The position numbers were made by a program, and so were the translations under genes. 64,000 bases of DNA from an uncultured Thermodesulfatator sp. (lineage in GTDB: Bacteria > Desulfobacterota > Dissulfuribacteria > Dissulfuribacterales > QOAL01): NCBI GenBank assembly GCA_964478865.1, contig CAYZJS010000087.1:17643-81642 (forward strand), given 5' to 3'. Shown piece by piece: positions 35,275 through 45,880 of this stretch (the stretch's first letter is position 1; every line of letters begins with the position of its first letter). Under the pieces are notes generated by a model, which worked only from the letters and a program-made list of their open reading frames with translations, was not told the origin of the DNA and ran no database searches.

Positions 35275-36989
35275 CCTACGTAATAGAAAAGGACCTTCCA
35301 AGGACCCTCCCCCAGGTCATTGAAAGGTCCTCATCCCTCTATCCTGAAAGACCCGCGCTGACCGCAAGGGAAAAGGCAGGGGACCGTGTCCTGGATTACA
35401 AGGGTCTGAAGCGGGAAGTTGACCAGCTGGCCTCTAGCCTGGTCAGCTTTGGCATTCAAAAGGGAGACAGGATCGCCATACTTGGACCCAATTCCCCGGA
35501 GTGGGCCAAGTCCTACCTGGCGAATGCCCGATGTGGGGCCATAAATGTCCCCCTGGATTCACTCCTGAGCAAAAACGAGCTCAGCCAGCTACTGGCAAAG
35601 GCAAGGGTCAAGATGGCCTTTGTTGCCCCGAGATTCCTGGACATAATCATAGATGCCCCGGAATCCTATCCTGACCTCAAAAAGGTGGTATGTCTTTCGC
35701 TGGAACACGAGGATCTGCCGGCAGGAGTGCTTTCCTTCAAGCAGGTATTAGAGGCGGGGTCATCTGCTCCTGCCAGGTTTCCCGGGGTGGAACCCGATGA
35801 CCTGGCATCCATCATCTTTACATCAGGCACCACGGGTACTCCAAAGGGCGTCATGCTGAGCCACTGGAACATCGTCTCGGACTGCATAGGCTGCTGGCTT
35901 GCCATTGACATAGGAAAGGAGAGTTTTCTTTCCGTGCTGCCAATGCATCATACCTTTGAATGCACTGCTGGTTTTATACTGCCCCTTTTCTCAGGCTGCT
36001 CCATAACCTTTGCCAGGAGCCTAAAGTCAAAATCCATCATCGAGGACCTAAGAGCGTGCAGGGCCACGGTAATGCTGGGTGTCCCCCTGCTTTACCAGAA
36101 GATGATGGAGGGGATCATGAGGGCGGTTGACAGGGCACCAGCACCGAAAAAATTCATGTTCAAGGGCCTCTGGAACCTGGTGCTTGCAGCCGAAAGGCTG
36201 GGTAACTATGACCTTGGTAAAACCGTCTTCAAGGGTTTCAGAAAAAAGGCGGGCCTGGATACAATAAAATATTTTGTAGCAGGCGGTGCGCCGCTTCCTC
36301 CTTACATTCCCAAGTTCTTCAGGAGGCTTGGCCTCGATGTCCTCCAGGGTTACGGCCTTACCGAGGCAAGCCCGGTGCTAACCATAAACCCGCCCGAGGC
36401 CCCCATAGATGAAAGTGCCGGCAAACCCCTGCCAGGGGTTGAGGTCAGGGTGGTTGAACCTGACAGGGATGGTGCCGGAGAACTGGCCTTTCGTGGCCCC
36501 ATGATCATGAAGGGTTACCTGGACAACAAGGAGGCTACAGACGAGGCTATAGATCGGGACGGATGGCTTCTGACCGGGGATCTCGGGTTTGTCAACGACC
36601 AAGGCTATGTGTTTGTCTGTGGCAGGGGAAAGAACCTGATTGTCACTGCAGCGGGCAAGAACGTGTACCCCGAGGAGATAGAAAACGAGCTCAACAGGAG
36701 CAGCTACATCCTGGAGTCCATGGTATACGGGCGGGTATCCGATTCTGCCAAGGGAGAAGAGGTCTGCGCCATCATCGTTCCTGACCACGAATTTATCGCC
36801 GCGAGTTTTTCAGGAGAGCAAATCGGAGACGAAAGGCTCCACGGCCTGATTTCAGGGGAAGTCAAGAAGACCAACAGGGCACTTGCATCGTATAAGCGCA
36901 TAAAATCCTTCGAGATTATAAACGAGGAACTGCCAAAGACATCCACCAAGAAGATCAAGAGGCATCTTTTCAAGTTCTCTTCCAGGTAA
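35262..36989 (+). CDS. long-chain acyl-CoA synthetase (AMP-forming)
   Basis: The AMP-binding motif is IIFTSGTTGTPKGV. Also present are GYGLTE and GWLLTGDLG. Confidence 0.85.
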   Translation: MELLTYVIEKDLPRTLPQVIERSSSLYPERPALTAREKAGDRVLDYKGLKREVDQLASSLVSFGIQKGDRIAILGPNSPEWAKSYLANARCGAINVPLDSLLSKNELSQLLAKARVKMAFVAPRFLDIIIDAPESYPDLKKVVCLSLEHEDLPAGVLSFKQVLEAGSSAPARFPGVEPDDLASIIFTSGTTGTPKGVMLSHWNIVSDCIGCWLAIDIGKESFLSVLPMHHTFECTAGFILPLFSGCSITFARSLKSKSIIEDLRACRATVMLGVPLLYQKMMEGIMRAVDRAPAPKKFMFKGLWNLVLAAERLGNYDLGKTVFKGFRKKAGLDTIKYFVAGGAPLPPYIPKFFRRLGLDVLQGYGLTEASPVLTINPPEAPIDESAGKPLPGVEVRVVEPDRDGAGELAFRGPMIMKGYLDNKEATDEAIDRDGWLLTGDLGFVNDQGYVFVCGRGKNLIVTAAGKNVYPEEIENELNRSSYILESMVYGRVSDSAKGEEVCAIIVPDHEFIAASFSGEQIGDERLHGLISGEVKKTNRALASYKRIKSFEIINEELPKTSTKKIKRHLFKFSSR

Positions 36990-36991
36990 CA

Positions 36992-38752
36992 TTGAAACAA
37001 AATCCGCTTCTACAGTACCTAAACCGGCAACAGGGACAGGCTGTCCAGGACCTGGACGCCAACGTCCTGGTGGACGCCGGCCCCGGCACCGGAAAGACCA
37101 GGGTACTGACTGCAAGGATCGCCTGGCTTTTGCAAAACGGATGCGAACCTGGACGAATTCTTGCCATTACCTTTACCAACAAGGCGGCAACCGAGATGCA
37201 GGAGCGGATCAGGAACGCCGGCCTCTCTCCTGACGTATGTATCACAACATTCCATTCCTGGGCATTCAGGTTTTTATCAGAAAGCCTCTCTAAGGAGAAA
37301 AGGTCCGTGGTAATAGGAGAACAGGACCAGAAAAAGATATTTGGAAAAGTGCTAAAATCCCTGGACATCCAGGGAAAAACGTCCCGGCTGCTGGAAAAGA
37401 TCCAGTTTCTGAAGCAGTTTTATCCGCCAAGGCTCAGGGACGAACCCGAGGAAGTAAGGACCGTGTTTGAGGCCTATCAGGATTATTTGAAGGCCCATGG
37501 CCTCTTTGACTACGATGATCTCATTATCTCCGCGGCCTCTTTCCTGGAAAAGCTTCGCGATGCCGATCCCCTGCTTCAGCCCTTTGATCATCTCCTGGTA
37601 GATGAATTCCAGGATGTTAGCCAGGCCCAGTACAGGCTTTGCCAGCTGCTGGCAGGCAGAAGCTGCAGGGTGATGGCAATAGGAGATCCGAACCAGTCCA
37701 TCTATGGCTTCAGGGGTTCGGATCCCGTCTTCATGGAAAGGTTCGTTACAGATTTCCATCCATGTACGAGAATCAGGCTTCTGACCGCGTACCGGTGCCC
37801 CCAGAAGTTCCTGGATGCTGCCGGCAGCGTACTTGGTAACAAAGGCCTGGCAGAAGTCCGCTCTGAAAGGAAGAAGGAGGCTGAAATAATCTTCAGGCAA
37901 TTCAAGCACCAAAGGAGCGAGGCCGCCTGGATAGCCAGGAAGATTGACAATATTACGGGTGGAATAAGCTTTGAAAGCCTGAACCAGGGGACCGCGTCGG
38001 GCCACGACCTGAAAAGCCTTTCCCAGGTGGCAGTGCTGTTCAGGATAAACAGGATGGGGGAAAACATAGCAGAAGAACTGGAAAAGGCAGGCATTCCGTT
38101 CCAGCTTGCCCGGGATACAGACGCCGGTCGGGAAGAAAAGCTGAACATGCTCTGGCACCTGCTCGAGTTCCTGGCGGGACGCAACATTGACCATCATCTG
38201 TCCATGTTTCAGCCGGACATTCGGAAGCGGCTTGAAACCATGGGCAACGAAATGCTCAGGAAACTCCAGGGCATGCCCCCGGATGCATTCCTGGAGATGG
38301 CATCAGGCATTTTGGGACAGGGTTTTGACTCTTCGGAAAAAATCCTGCTTTCAAATGCCCTTGAATCCCACAGGCAGGGACGATTCCTCCCCCTGGCAAT
38401 GAAGACAGAACAGGACCGCCTGGATTTTCAGATAGAGGCCGTCTCCCTCATGTCCATTCATGCGGCAAAGGGCCTGGAATTTCCCGTGGTCTTTATCGCC
38501 GGATGTGAAGATGGCATCCTGCCATGGGAAAAGGGGGAGGTCCCAGAGGAGCGACGCCTGTTTTACGTGGGGCTGACCAGGGCCTCGCGGCAGATATTTC
38601 TGACTGCGGCCCGAACAAGGATATTTTGGGGCAAGACCAGGAAGATGCAGCCTTCTCCTTTCCTGGAAGATATGGGAAGGCTTCTTGTAAGGGAAGAGGC
38701 CCGGCCTCCCAGAAAGCGGAAAAAGAGGCCGGCCCAGAAAAAACTTTTCTGA
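36992..38752 (+). CDS. UvrD/Rep-family SF1 helicase (short form, 586 aa)
   Basis: TTG start. The Walker A is VDAGPGTGKTRVLTARI. Also present are VDEFQDVS, GDPNQSIYGFRGS and SIHAAKGLEFPVVFI. Confidence 0.8.
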   Translation: MKQNPLLQYLNRQQGQAVQDLDANVLVDAGPGTGKTRVLTARIAWLLQNGCEPGRILAITFTNKAATEMQERIRNAGLSPDVCITTFHSWAFRFLSESLSKEKRSVVIGEQDQKKIFGKVLKSLDIQGKTSRLLEKIQFLKQFYPPRLRDEPEEVRTVFEAYQDYLKAHGLFDYDDLIISAASFLEKLRDADPLLQPFDHLLVDEFQDVSQAQYRLCQLLAGRSCRVMAIGDPNQSIYGFRGSDPVFMERFVTDFHPCTRIRLLTAYRCPQKFLDAAGSVLGNKGLAEVRSERKKEAEIIFRQFKHQRSEAAWIARKIDNITGGISFESLNQGTASGHDLKSLSQVAVLFRINRMGENIAEELEKAGIPFQLARDTDAGREEKLNMLWHLLEFLAGRNIDHHLSMFQPDIRKRLETMGNEMLRKLQGMPPDAFLEMASGILGQGFDSSEKILLSNALESHRQGRFLPLAMKTEQDRLDFQIEAVSLMSIHAAKGLEFPVVFIAGCEDGILPWEKGEVPEERRLFYVGLTRASRQIFLTAARTRIFWGKTRKMQPSPFLEDMGRLLVREEARPPRKRKKRPAQKKLF

Positions 38753-38862
38753 ACATTTCCGAATTCCCCCCTTTTGGTAATTGAAAAGTTTTTTTATAAA
38801 GGAAAGCGTAAACCCGGAATTGATACTTTCAAAAGGACCGATTCACACCTGGAGATAGAATA

Positions 38863-39150
38863 ATGGCAAAGATAACAGTCACGGAAGTGGAACACGTGGC
38901 CCACCTGGCACGTCTTACCTTCAGCACCGAGGAAGTAGAGGCCTTCACCAGGCAGCTGAACGACATACTGGAGTTTATTGACAAGCTGGATGCCCTGGAT
39001 ACAGCCGGCATCGAGCCGACCACGCGGGCCATAGAACTTTTGAATGTATTCAGGGAAGACGAGGTCAAAGAGTCCCTTCCCGTTGAGGAGGCAACAGGGA
39101 ACGCACCACTGGCTGAAGAAGGGGCCTTTGTGGTTCCGCGAATCATATAA
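38863..39150 (+). CDS. gatC: Asp/Glu-tRNA amidotransferase subunit C
   Basis: VEHVAHLARLTFSTEEVEAFTRQLNDILEFIDKL is classic GatC. It lies directly upstream of gatA. Confidence 0.9.
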   Translation: MAKITVTEVEHVAHLARLTFSTEEVEAFTRQLNDILEFIDKLDALDTAGIEPTTRAIELLNVFREDEVKESLPVEEATGNAPLAEEGAFVVPRII

Positions 39151-39186
39151 AAATTCCCCTTGCCGCCAGGGGATCAGGGAAAAGAC

Positions 39187-40647
39187 ATGAGTAATCTTAC
39201 AGACTTGACGATTTCAGAACTGAGACAGCTTCTCGACAGGAGGGAGGTCACCTCCACGGAGGTAACGAAGGCCTATCTCCAGCGCATACAGGGGGTCGAC
39301 CCCAGGATACACTCCTTTATTACCGTTACGGAGGAAGAGGCCCTTGAACAGGCAAAGAGGGCAGACGAACGCATCTTTTCAGGGGCTTCATCCAGCCTTA
39401 CAGGCATTCCCCTTGGCATAAAGGACGTGATCTGCACCCGGGGGATAAACACCACGTGTGGCTCCAAGATGCTTGAAAATTTCAGGCCTCCCTACAATGC
39501 CCATGTCATGGAAAGGCTTGAGGAGCACGGTGCTGTCATGCTCGGGAAGCTGAACATGGACGAATTTGCCATGGGGTCTTCAACTGAAAATTCCGCATTT
39601 TTCGAGACCAGAAACCCCTGGGACCTTGAACGGATCCCCGGGGGTTCCAGCGGAGGAAGCGCTGCATCCGTTGGCGCAAGGCTCTGCTGCGCATCCCTTG
39701 GATCTGATACCGGAGGCTCCATCCGCCAGCCCGCTTCCCACTGCGGGGTCGTGGGCATGAAGCCGACCTATGGCCGTGTTTCCAGGTACGGGCTTGTGGC
39801 CTTTGCATCCTCCCTTGACCAGATAGGTCCCCTGGCTAGGTCTGTGAAGGACTGCGCCATCCTTTTAGAGGCCATTTCCGGGCATGACCCCAGGGATTCC
39901 ACCTGCCTGCCAGCCCCTGTTCCGGCATATTCAAAGGCATGTTCAGAGGGTCTGGATGGTTTTACCATAGGCGTTCCTGAGGAATATTTCGTGGAAGGCC
40001 TGGACCCGGAAGTGGAAAGGGCAGTTAAGGCCGGAATAGACACACTGGAGTCGGCGGGTGCGCAGATAGAGAGAATAAGCCTTCCCCACACCGAATATGC
40101 CGTTGCCGTTTACTATATCATCGCCACGGCAGAGGCATCATCCAACCTGTCGCGCTACGACGGGGTGAAATATGGATTCAGGGCGGAAGGATATTCAAAT
40201 CTTATGGAGATGTATAAAAAGACCCGTGCCCAGGGCTTCGGCCCCGAGGTGAAACGAAGGATCATGCTGGGCACATACTGTCTTTCAGCGGGATATTACG
40301 ATGCCTTCTACAAAAAGGCATCCCAGGTCCGGACTCTCATAATCCAGGACTTTAAAGAGGCCTTCAAAAAGTGTGACTGCCTGGCAGCACCTGTTGCTCC
40401 GACCACTGCCTTCAGGCTGGGAGAAAAGGTGGCTGATCCCATCCAGATGTATCTTTCGGACATCTTCACCATACCGGTAAACCTGGCGGGCATACCCGGC
40501 ATCTCTGTCCCATGCGGTTTTGACTCCAAGGGCCTTCCTGTAGGCCTCCAGCTCATGGCAGGGCACCTGCAGGAAGAAAAACTCTTAAGGGCAGCCTTTA
40601 ACCTGGAAACGGCCCTGAATTTGCAAGTCAAATGGCCGGAAACCTGA
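39187..40647 (+). CDS. gatA: Asp/Glu-tRNA amidotransferase subunit A
   Basis: Start at [16 protein letters not shown]. The amidase signature is [11 protein letters not shown]...[12 protein letters not shown]. Confidence 0.9.
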   Translation: MSNLTDLTISELRQLLDRREVTSTEVTKAYLQRIQGVDPRIHSFITVTEEEALEQAKRADERIFSGASSSLTGIPLGIKDVICTRGINTTCGSKMLENFRPPYNAHVMERLEEHGAVMLGKLNMDEFAMGSSTENSAFFETRNPWDLERIPGGSSGGSAASVGARLCCASLGSDTGGSIRQPASHCGVVGMKPTYGRVSRYGLVAFASSLDQIGPLARSVKDCAILLEAISGHDPRDSTCLPAPVPAYSKACSEGLDGFTIGVPEEYFVEGLDPEVERAVKAGIDTLESAGAQIERISLPHTEYAVAVYYIIATAEASSNLSRYDGVKYGFRAEGYSNLMEMYKKTRAQGFGPEVKRRIMLGTYCLSAGYYDAFYKKASQVRTLIIQDFKEAFKKCDCLAAPVAPTTAFRLGEKVADPIQMYLSDIFTIPVNLAGIPGISVPCGFDSKGLPVGLQLMAGHLQEEKLLRAAFNLETALNLQVKWPET

Positions 40648-40667
40648 AATAAGGAGGCAGGTAAAGC

Positions 40668-41015
40668 TTGCAGAGGATACCTTTAAAACTGGCACAACCC
40701 GGCATGGTCCTGGCCAAGGAAGCGGTAACCCCTGAAGGCCAGGTGCTTTGCGGTGCTGGCACTGCCCTGACCCAGGAAATCCTGGCGAGGCTGGCAAAGC
40801 AGGAAGTCCTCACCCTGACAGTGGAAGGCCATCCGGTGACGCTTCCGGGAGAAAAATCACTTCCCGAAAAGCTGAAGGAGCTGGATCAAAGGTTTTCAAA
40901 GACAAGGAACGACCCCGTGCTCCGGGCACTTAAAACCGTGATCGCAGAATTCTGGATCATCCAGGAAAAGGGGGAAGACTTCCTGCAGAACCTGAAAAGG
41001 GACAGGGCTGACTGA
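40668..41015 (+). CDS. small protein resembling the N-terminal domain of HD-GYP proteins (DUF3391-like)
   Basis: The TTG start is 10 nt after AAGGAGG. The sequence begins IPLKLAQPGMVLAKEAVTPEGQVL. The assignment is from memory only. Confidence 0.5.
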   Translation: MQRIPLKLAQPGMVLAKEAVTPEGQVLCGAGTALTQEILARLAKQEVLTLTVEGHPVTLPGEKSLPEKLKELDQRFSKTRNDPVLRALKTVIAEFWIIQEKGEDFLQNLKRDRAD

Positions 41016-41027
41016 GGAGCGTATTCC

Positions 41028-41885
41028 ATGAAAAGGGAAGAAATACGCCAGAGACTGAAGGATGTGCAATCCCTGCCCACCCTTCCGCCCATAGTCTCCA
41101 AGTTGAACCAGATGGTTTCGGATGAGGACGTCACTGCAGTAAAACTGGGCAGGATCATTGAAAAAGACCAGGTCCTTACCAGCAAGCTCCTGAAGATGGT
41201 CAATTCGTCCTTTTTCGGGTTTCCCCAGCGCATCAGTACGGTTTCAAATGCAATTGTGCTCCTGGGATTCAACGTGATAAAGACCCTGATAGTCACGTCT
41301 TCCATATTCGAGGTTATGCAGGCCTCGGACATAGGCCTTTTCGAGCATTCCCTGGGGTGCGCCACTGCCGCGGGGCTCGTGGCCAAGAAACTCGGGATAA
41401 AAAATCCGGAAGAGGTCTCAACGGCCGGGCTTATCCATGATCTGGGAAAGATTGTCCTAAGGGCGGAAATGCCTGAAGAATACGATCAGGTCGCAGAAAC
41501 TGCCAGGCAGGCCAAGCAGTACATGAGAGAGGTGGAAAAGGAAATCCTCGGCATAGGCCACGGTGAAATAGGAGGGATCCTTGCACGGCAGTGGAACCTG
41601 CCGGAACGCCTTGTATTCCCCATAGAATACCATCACAGGCCCGAGGCCTCTCCCGACTTTGCGGAGGTTTCGGCCATTATTCACTTTTCTGACATATTGA
41701 TCCGGGCACTGGGTTTCGGTTTCGGAGGGGACCCGTGGGTACCGCCACTGGACCACCAGGCTTGGGCCAGGATCAAGCTTGGCAAGAGCCAGATGAGGCA
41801 GCTCCTGGAGGAACTGGATGAAAAACTCATGGAACTCCAGGACTTTACCCTGGACATCCAGAAAGACGGAAAGGACTCATCCTGA
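41028..41885 (+). CDS. HDOD-domain signalling protein
   Basis: LPTLPPIVSKLNQMVSDEDVTAVKLGRIIEKDQVLTSKLLKMVNSSFFGF is the HDOD core. An HD-like HDLGK follows. Confidence 0.8.
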   Translation: MKREEIRQRLKDVQSLPTLPPIVSKLNQMVSDEDVTAVKLGRIIEKDQVLTSKLLKMVNSSFFGFPQRISTVSNAIVLLGFNVIKTLIVTSSIFEVMQASDIGLFEHSLGCATAAGLVAKKLGIKNPEEVSTAGLIHDLGKIVLRAEMPEEYDQVAETARQAKQYMREVEKEILGIGHGEIGGILARQWNLPERLVFPIEYHHRPEASPDFAEVSAIIHFSDILIRALGFGFGGDPWVPPLDHQAWARIKLGKSQMRQLLEELDEKLMELQDFTLDIQKDGKDSS

Positions 41886-41890
41886 TATCC

Positions 41891-42826
41891 ATGGCACGTA
41901 TTGCATTGGTTACCCCGGACCACTTCAAAAGGGCTGACGAAAAGCTCTGCCTGGAAGCAAGAGGGCATACTGTTGTAACGAATGCAGATGTTGCCCGTTC
42001 TCTTGAGGGGATACTTGCCGATCCTCCCGATCTTCTCATCATACAAAAGGGCCTCCACAGGCACATGGACCAGGAGGTGATCCTTGCGCTCAAGAACAAC
42101 CTCCAGCTGGCCCTGCTGCCCATCCTCCTCATGGTCTCGGAGCGGGACCTCGCTGTAGGCCTTGACTGGAGCTGTTATCCTGTTGACGATCTCATATCGG
42201 AACACGCCACCATAGAAGAAATCATTACCAGGATAGATCTCGCCCTTGCCAGGACCAGGAGGGTTGCAGACAATAACCCGCTTACCAAGCTTCCCGGCAA
42301 CTCGTCCATCCTGAAGACCATCCAGAACATGCTGGAACAGGCAGAACCCAGGGCTGTGGCATACGTTGATATCGACAACTTCAAGCCCTACAACGACAGG
42401 TACGGTTTTTCCCGGGGGGACGAAGTGATCCGCATGGTATCCCGCATACTGGTCAATGTCATCCAGGAACACGCCGGCGCAGGCGGTTTTATAGGTCATA
42501 TCGGAGGGGATGACTTTGTCTTCATGGTTCCGCTGGAAAAGGCAGAAACGGTTTGCCAGGAGGTACTGACGAATTTTAACGCCCTGATCCCGCTATTTCT
42601 GGACGAAAAGGACCTGGAAGCCGGATGTTTTGTCTCGACAGACCGCCAGGGCAATGTCCGATCATTCCCCCTGACCAGCCTGTCCATAGCAGTTGTTCCA
42701 TGTCATCCGGGCCATTACAGCCATTACGGTGAGGTTGCATCAACTGCCGCATCCTTAAAGAAAAAGGTAAAGGCCCTGGAAGGCAGCAACTTTCTTGTGG
42801 ACCGGAGAAAACCCGACATTGACTGA
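41891..42826 (+). CDS. pseudo-receiver plus GGDEF-family domain with variant GGDDF site
   Basis: The receiver-like N-terminus has PDLLIIQKGL, with Q where the phospho-acceptor Asp is expected. The cyclase domain reads VDIDNFKPYNDRYGFSRGDEV...GHIGGDDFVFMVP. Confidence 0.7.
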   Translation: MARIALVTPDHFKRADEKLCLEARGHTVVTNADVARSLEGILADPPDLLIIQKGLHRHMDQEVILALKNNLQLALLPILLMVSERDLAVGLDWSCYPVDDLISEHATIEEIITRIDLALARTRRVADNNPLTKLPGNSSILKTIQNMLEQAEPRAVAYVDIDNFKPYNDRYGFSRGDEVIRMVSRILVNVIQEHAGAGGFIGHIGGDDFVFMVPLEKAETVCQEVLTNFNALIPLFLDEKDLEAGCFVSTDRQGNVRSFPLTSLSIAVVPCHPGHYSHYGEVASTAASLKKKVKALEGSNFLVDRRKPDID

Positions 42827-42846
42827 CGCACACCTGTTGAGCAGCC

Positions 42847-44124
42847 GTGAAGTGCCTGCTGGTTAACCCCTGGATTGCCGATTTTGCCGCCTTTAATTTC
42901 TGGGTCAGGCCCCTTGGCCTTTACAGGCTGGCCCAGTGGCTTGCTGCAAGGAAGGTGGATTTCAGCCTCATAGACTGCCTTTCTCCCTTCAGGGCACCTG
43001 GAAAATTCAGGAGGAAGCCCGTGGACTTTCCCATGGGCTCAAGGGTGGAAGTCTGCAGAAAATTTGCAAGGTACGGTATCTCGAGGGAGGAATTCCGAAC
43101 CAGGCTCAGGTCTGCCGGCGGGTTTGATTGCGTGTTCGTCACATCGGTCATGTCTTACTGGTATCCGGGGGTCCAGTGGGTCATTGAGGAAGTCAGAAGG
43201 ATGTCGCCGGGAGCACCGGTAATACTGGGAGGCATTTACGCAAGCCTGTGGCCCGAACATGCAAAATCGGCATGCGCCCCGGATCTTCTGTGCGCTGGAA
43301 CACTTGATGCCTGCTCTGGAAAACTGGCCGATTTTCTGGGGCTTTCCCGGCGGCCTCCAAGGCCTGAAAAACCCTGGTATTTCCTCGAAGGGATACTTGA
43401 CCGTGCAAATTACGGGGCTGTGCGCACTGCTGAAGGCTGCCCGTTTTCTTGCACCTACTGTGCCTCCAGTATTGTTTCAGGCCCATTTTCCCCCAGGCCG
43501 GTTGGTGACATTATACAGGAAATAGCCTTTCTCTACGGGAAGGGATTAAGGCAGATCGCCTTTTACGACGACGCATTACTTGTGGACTTTGAAAACCGCC
43601 TTGGTCCTGTACTCGAAGGCCTGCTGAAAAGGGGTATCCACATGGCCTTTCACACCCCCAACGGCCTCCATGCAAGGCTTGTTACCGCGGATGTGGCAAG
43701 GTTACTTGTCCGGTCCGGCTTTAAAGGCATCCGCCTTAGCCTTGAAACCACCAATCCGGACAGGCAGTCTGCCACGGGAGGCAAGGTGAGCAGCAAGGAT
43801 CTGGAACAGGCCGTGAAAAATCTCCTTGAAGCCGGCATGCCGGCGTCCTTCATTGGCGTGTACCTTCTGGTCGGCCTTCCCGGACAGGACCTTGACGAGA
43901 TCGAAGAAGGGATCAGATACGTCAGGTCCCTGGGAGTACGGCCATATCTTGCTGAGTTTTCGCCCATTCCTGGAACGGTGGAATGGGAAAGGCTGGAAAG
44001 GAAGGGGGTTGTTTCCGCGCACATGGACCCCCTGCTTACAAACAACACACTGTTCTTCAGGCTCTTTTCAGGATACGACATGGACCGGTTCGGAAAACTC
44101 AAAAAGATGGCGGAAGCGGCCTGA
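42847..44124 (+). CDS. B12-binding-domain radical SAM protein
   Basis: GTG start. The SAM cluster motif is CPFSCTYC. The N-terminal Rossmann-like region resembles cobalamin-binding rSAMs. Confidence 0.75.
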   Translation: MKCLLVNPWIADFAAFNFWVRPLGLYRLAQWLAARKVDFSLIDCLSPFRAPGKFRRKPVDFPMGSRVEVCRKFARYGISREEFRTRLRSAGGFDCVFVTSVMSYWYPGVQWVIEEVRRMSPGAPVILGGIYASLWPEHAKSACAPDLLCAGTLDACSGKLADFLGLSRRPPRPEKPWYFLEGILDRANYGAVRTAEGCPFSCTYCASSIVSGPFSPRPVGDIIQEIAFLYGKGLRQIAFYDDALLVDFENRLGPVLEGLLKRGIHMAFHTPNGLHARLVTADVARLLVRSGFKGIRLSLETTNPDRQSATGGKVSSKDLEQAVKNLLEAGMPASFIGVYLLVGLPGQDLDEIEEGIRYVRSLGVRPYLAEFSPIPGTVEWERLERKGVVSAHMDPLLTNNTLFFRLFSGYDMDRFGKLKKMAEAA

Positions 44125-44167
44125 AAAACCGGGAGAAAAACACCCGTATCCGCCCTGCCGCCCTGTC

Positions 44168-45487
44168 CTATCCCACGATCTCTCCCACAAGATCGTATCG
44201 GTGGCTTTGGGTTATCCTGACCCTTGCCATCTGTCCAGAAATGGCCTCTCCCCTGTTTATATAGGTAAGTCCGTCGACCTCCGGGGCCTGGAAGCCCGAG
44301 CGGGCACACAGAAGAAGCTCGGTCTCCTGGCAGGGGCCGTCCACCAGAACATCAAGGACCCTTCCCCTGAAGCTTGCATTTATTTCCTCTGAGATACCTG
44401 CCTGCAGGGCCATGAGCTCGGCCTTTCTTTCCTTTGCAATTTCAGCAGGCACCTTTCCCCTGAGCAGGAAGGAGGGGGCCTCTTCCTCGTCCGAATAGGC
44501 AAAGCAGCCCAGGTGGTGAAACCTCCATCTTTCTATAAACTCCCTGAGAATGAGAAAATCCTTTTCCGTCTCTCCCGGAAACCCTACCATGACCGTTGTC
44601 CTGAGGGATACGTCGGGCAGAAACCTCCTTATAGCCTCCATGGTCTTTTCAAGCCCTGAAAGGCCGTATCCCCGCCCCATGGCCCTCAGCACTCCGGTGC
44701 TTGCATGCTGGATGGGTATATCCAGGTACGGACAGATTCTTTCATTTTCCCGGATAACCTTCAGGAGCCTCTGGGTTATACCTGGCGGATACAGGTACAT
44801 GAGGCGGAACCAGGGAATCTTCGTTTTTTTCAAAAAGAGCTCCAGAAGGGATGCAAGGTCAGTATGGTTCCATTGGTAAGCGGTAAGATCCTGGGCCACC
44901 AGGGTGATCTCCCTGGCGCCTGATTCGCCGAGCCTGTTTATTTCAGCCACCAGGGATTCCGGGTCCCGGCACCTGAGCCTTCCCCTGATCTTCGGTATCA
45001 AGCAGTAGGTGCACCTGTTTGAGCAGCCCTCGGAAATCTTGACATACTGCTGCCAGGGCCTCCCAGTGGAAAGCCTGGAAGTGCCCAACCGGGTTCCGGC
45101 CCCAAGGGGAGCCTCTTTGTCCATAAAAACATTGGCAATTTGCCTTCCCGCCTCGGAGGCATCCTGCTCAAAGAGAAAAACATCCACCTCCGGCAGGAGC
45201 CTTTCAATCTGATGGCCGTATCTCAGGGGAAGACAGCCCATTACTCCAAGTATCTGGCCCTCCCTTTTGCCCTCTGCCGCCTCCAGTATGGTTTCAATGG
45301 ATTCTGAAACCGCATCTTCTATGAAGGAGCAGGTGTTTACCAGGATGATATCCGCCTCTGCCTGGACCTGGCAGAATGCCAGGCCGCCAAGGGCGGATTT
45401 TATTCCGCCAAGGGCATATTCTGTATCTATCAGGTTTTTGGGACAGCCAAGGCTTATGACAAAAACCTTGGCCGGGGAAGGAGACAT
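44168..45487 (-). CDS. rimO: ribosomal protein S12 methylthiotransferase
   Basis: Start at MSPSPAKVFVISLGCPKN (UPF0004 domain). The rSAM motif is CSNRCTYC. The C-terminal TRAM domain contains ARVRITQSHRYDLVGEIV. Confidence 0.85.
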   Translation of the reverse strand: MSPSPAKVFVISLGCPKNLIDTEYALGGIKSALGGLAFCQVQAEADIILVNTCSFIEDAVSESIETILEAAEGKREGQILGVMGCLPLRYGHQIERLLPEVDVFLFEQDASEAGRQIANVFMDKEAPLGAGTRLGTSRLSTGRPWQQYVKISEGCSNRCTYCLIPKIRGRLRCRDPESLVAEINRLGESGAREITLVAQDLTAYQWNHTDLASLLELFLKKTKIPWFRLMYLYPPGITQRLLKVIRENERICPYLDIPIQHASTGVLRAMGRGYGLSGLEKTMEAIRRFLPDVSLRTTVMVGFPGETEKDFLILREFIERWRFHHLGCFAYSDEEEAPSFLLRGKVPAEIAKERKAELMALQAGISEEINASFRGRVLDVLVDGPCQETELLLCARSGFQAPEVDGLTYINRGEAISGQMARVRITQSHRYDLVGEIVG

Positions 45488-45494
45488 GGCTGAT

Positions 45495-45869
45495 TCAGGT
45501 CTTGACGGGGATCTTTTTGAGGCTTGAAATGCGATTCTTTTCATCAAGGAGTACGATATTCGTGACAAGCCTTTCTATTTCGGCCTCGTCGTACATTCCA
45601 TAGGATGCTATGATTATGAGGTCTCCCACGCATGCCTTTCTGGCAGCAGCGCCGTTTATGCACACGATGCCCGTGCCTGGCTCGCCCTCTATGATATAGG
45701 TATCAAACCTTTCCCCGTTGTTGATGTTGTAGACCATCACCCTTTCGTGGGGCAGGAGGTCTGCTGCCTCCATGAGGGTACTGTCCAGGGTAAGGCTTCC
45801 TTCATACTGGAGTTCCGTCTGGGTAACGACTGCCCTGTGTATCTTCGATTTCAGAATGGTCCTGAGCAT
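45495..45869 (-). CDS. panD: aspartate 1-decarboxylase
   Basis: [29 protein letters not shown] includes the G-S self-cleavage site. Confidence 0.9.
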   Translation of the reverse strand: MLRTILKSKIHRAVVTQTELQYEGSLTLDSTLMEAADLLPHERVMVYNINNGERFDTYIIEGEPGTGIVCINGAAARKACVGDLIIIASYGMYDEAEIERLVTNIVLLDEKNRISSLKKIPVKT

Positions 45870-45880
45870 AATGAGATGAA

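Noticed and set aside
37352-38197. 281-aa and 161-aa minus-strand ORFs
   Set aside because: They are antisense to the second UvrD-like helicase (VDEFQDVS and GDPNQSIYGFRGS on the plus strand).
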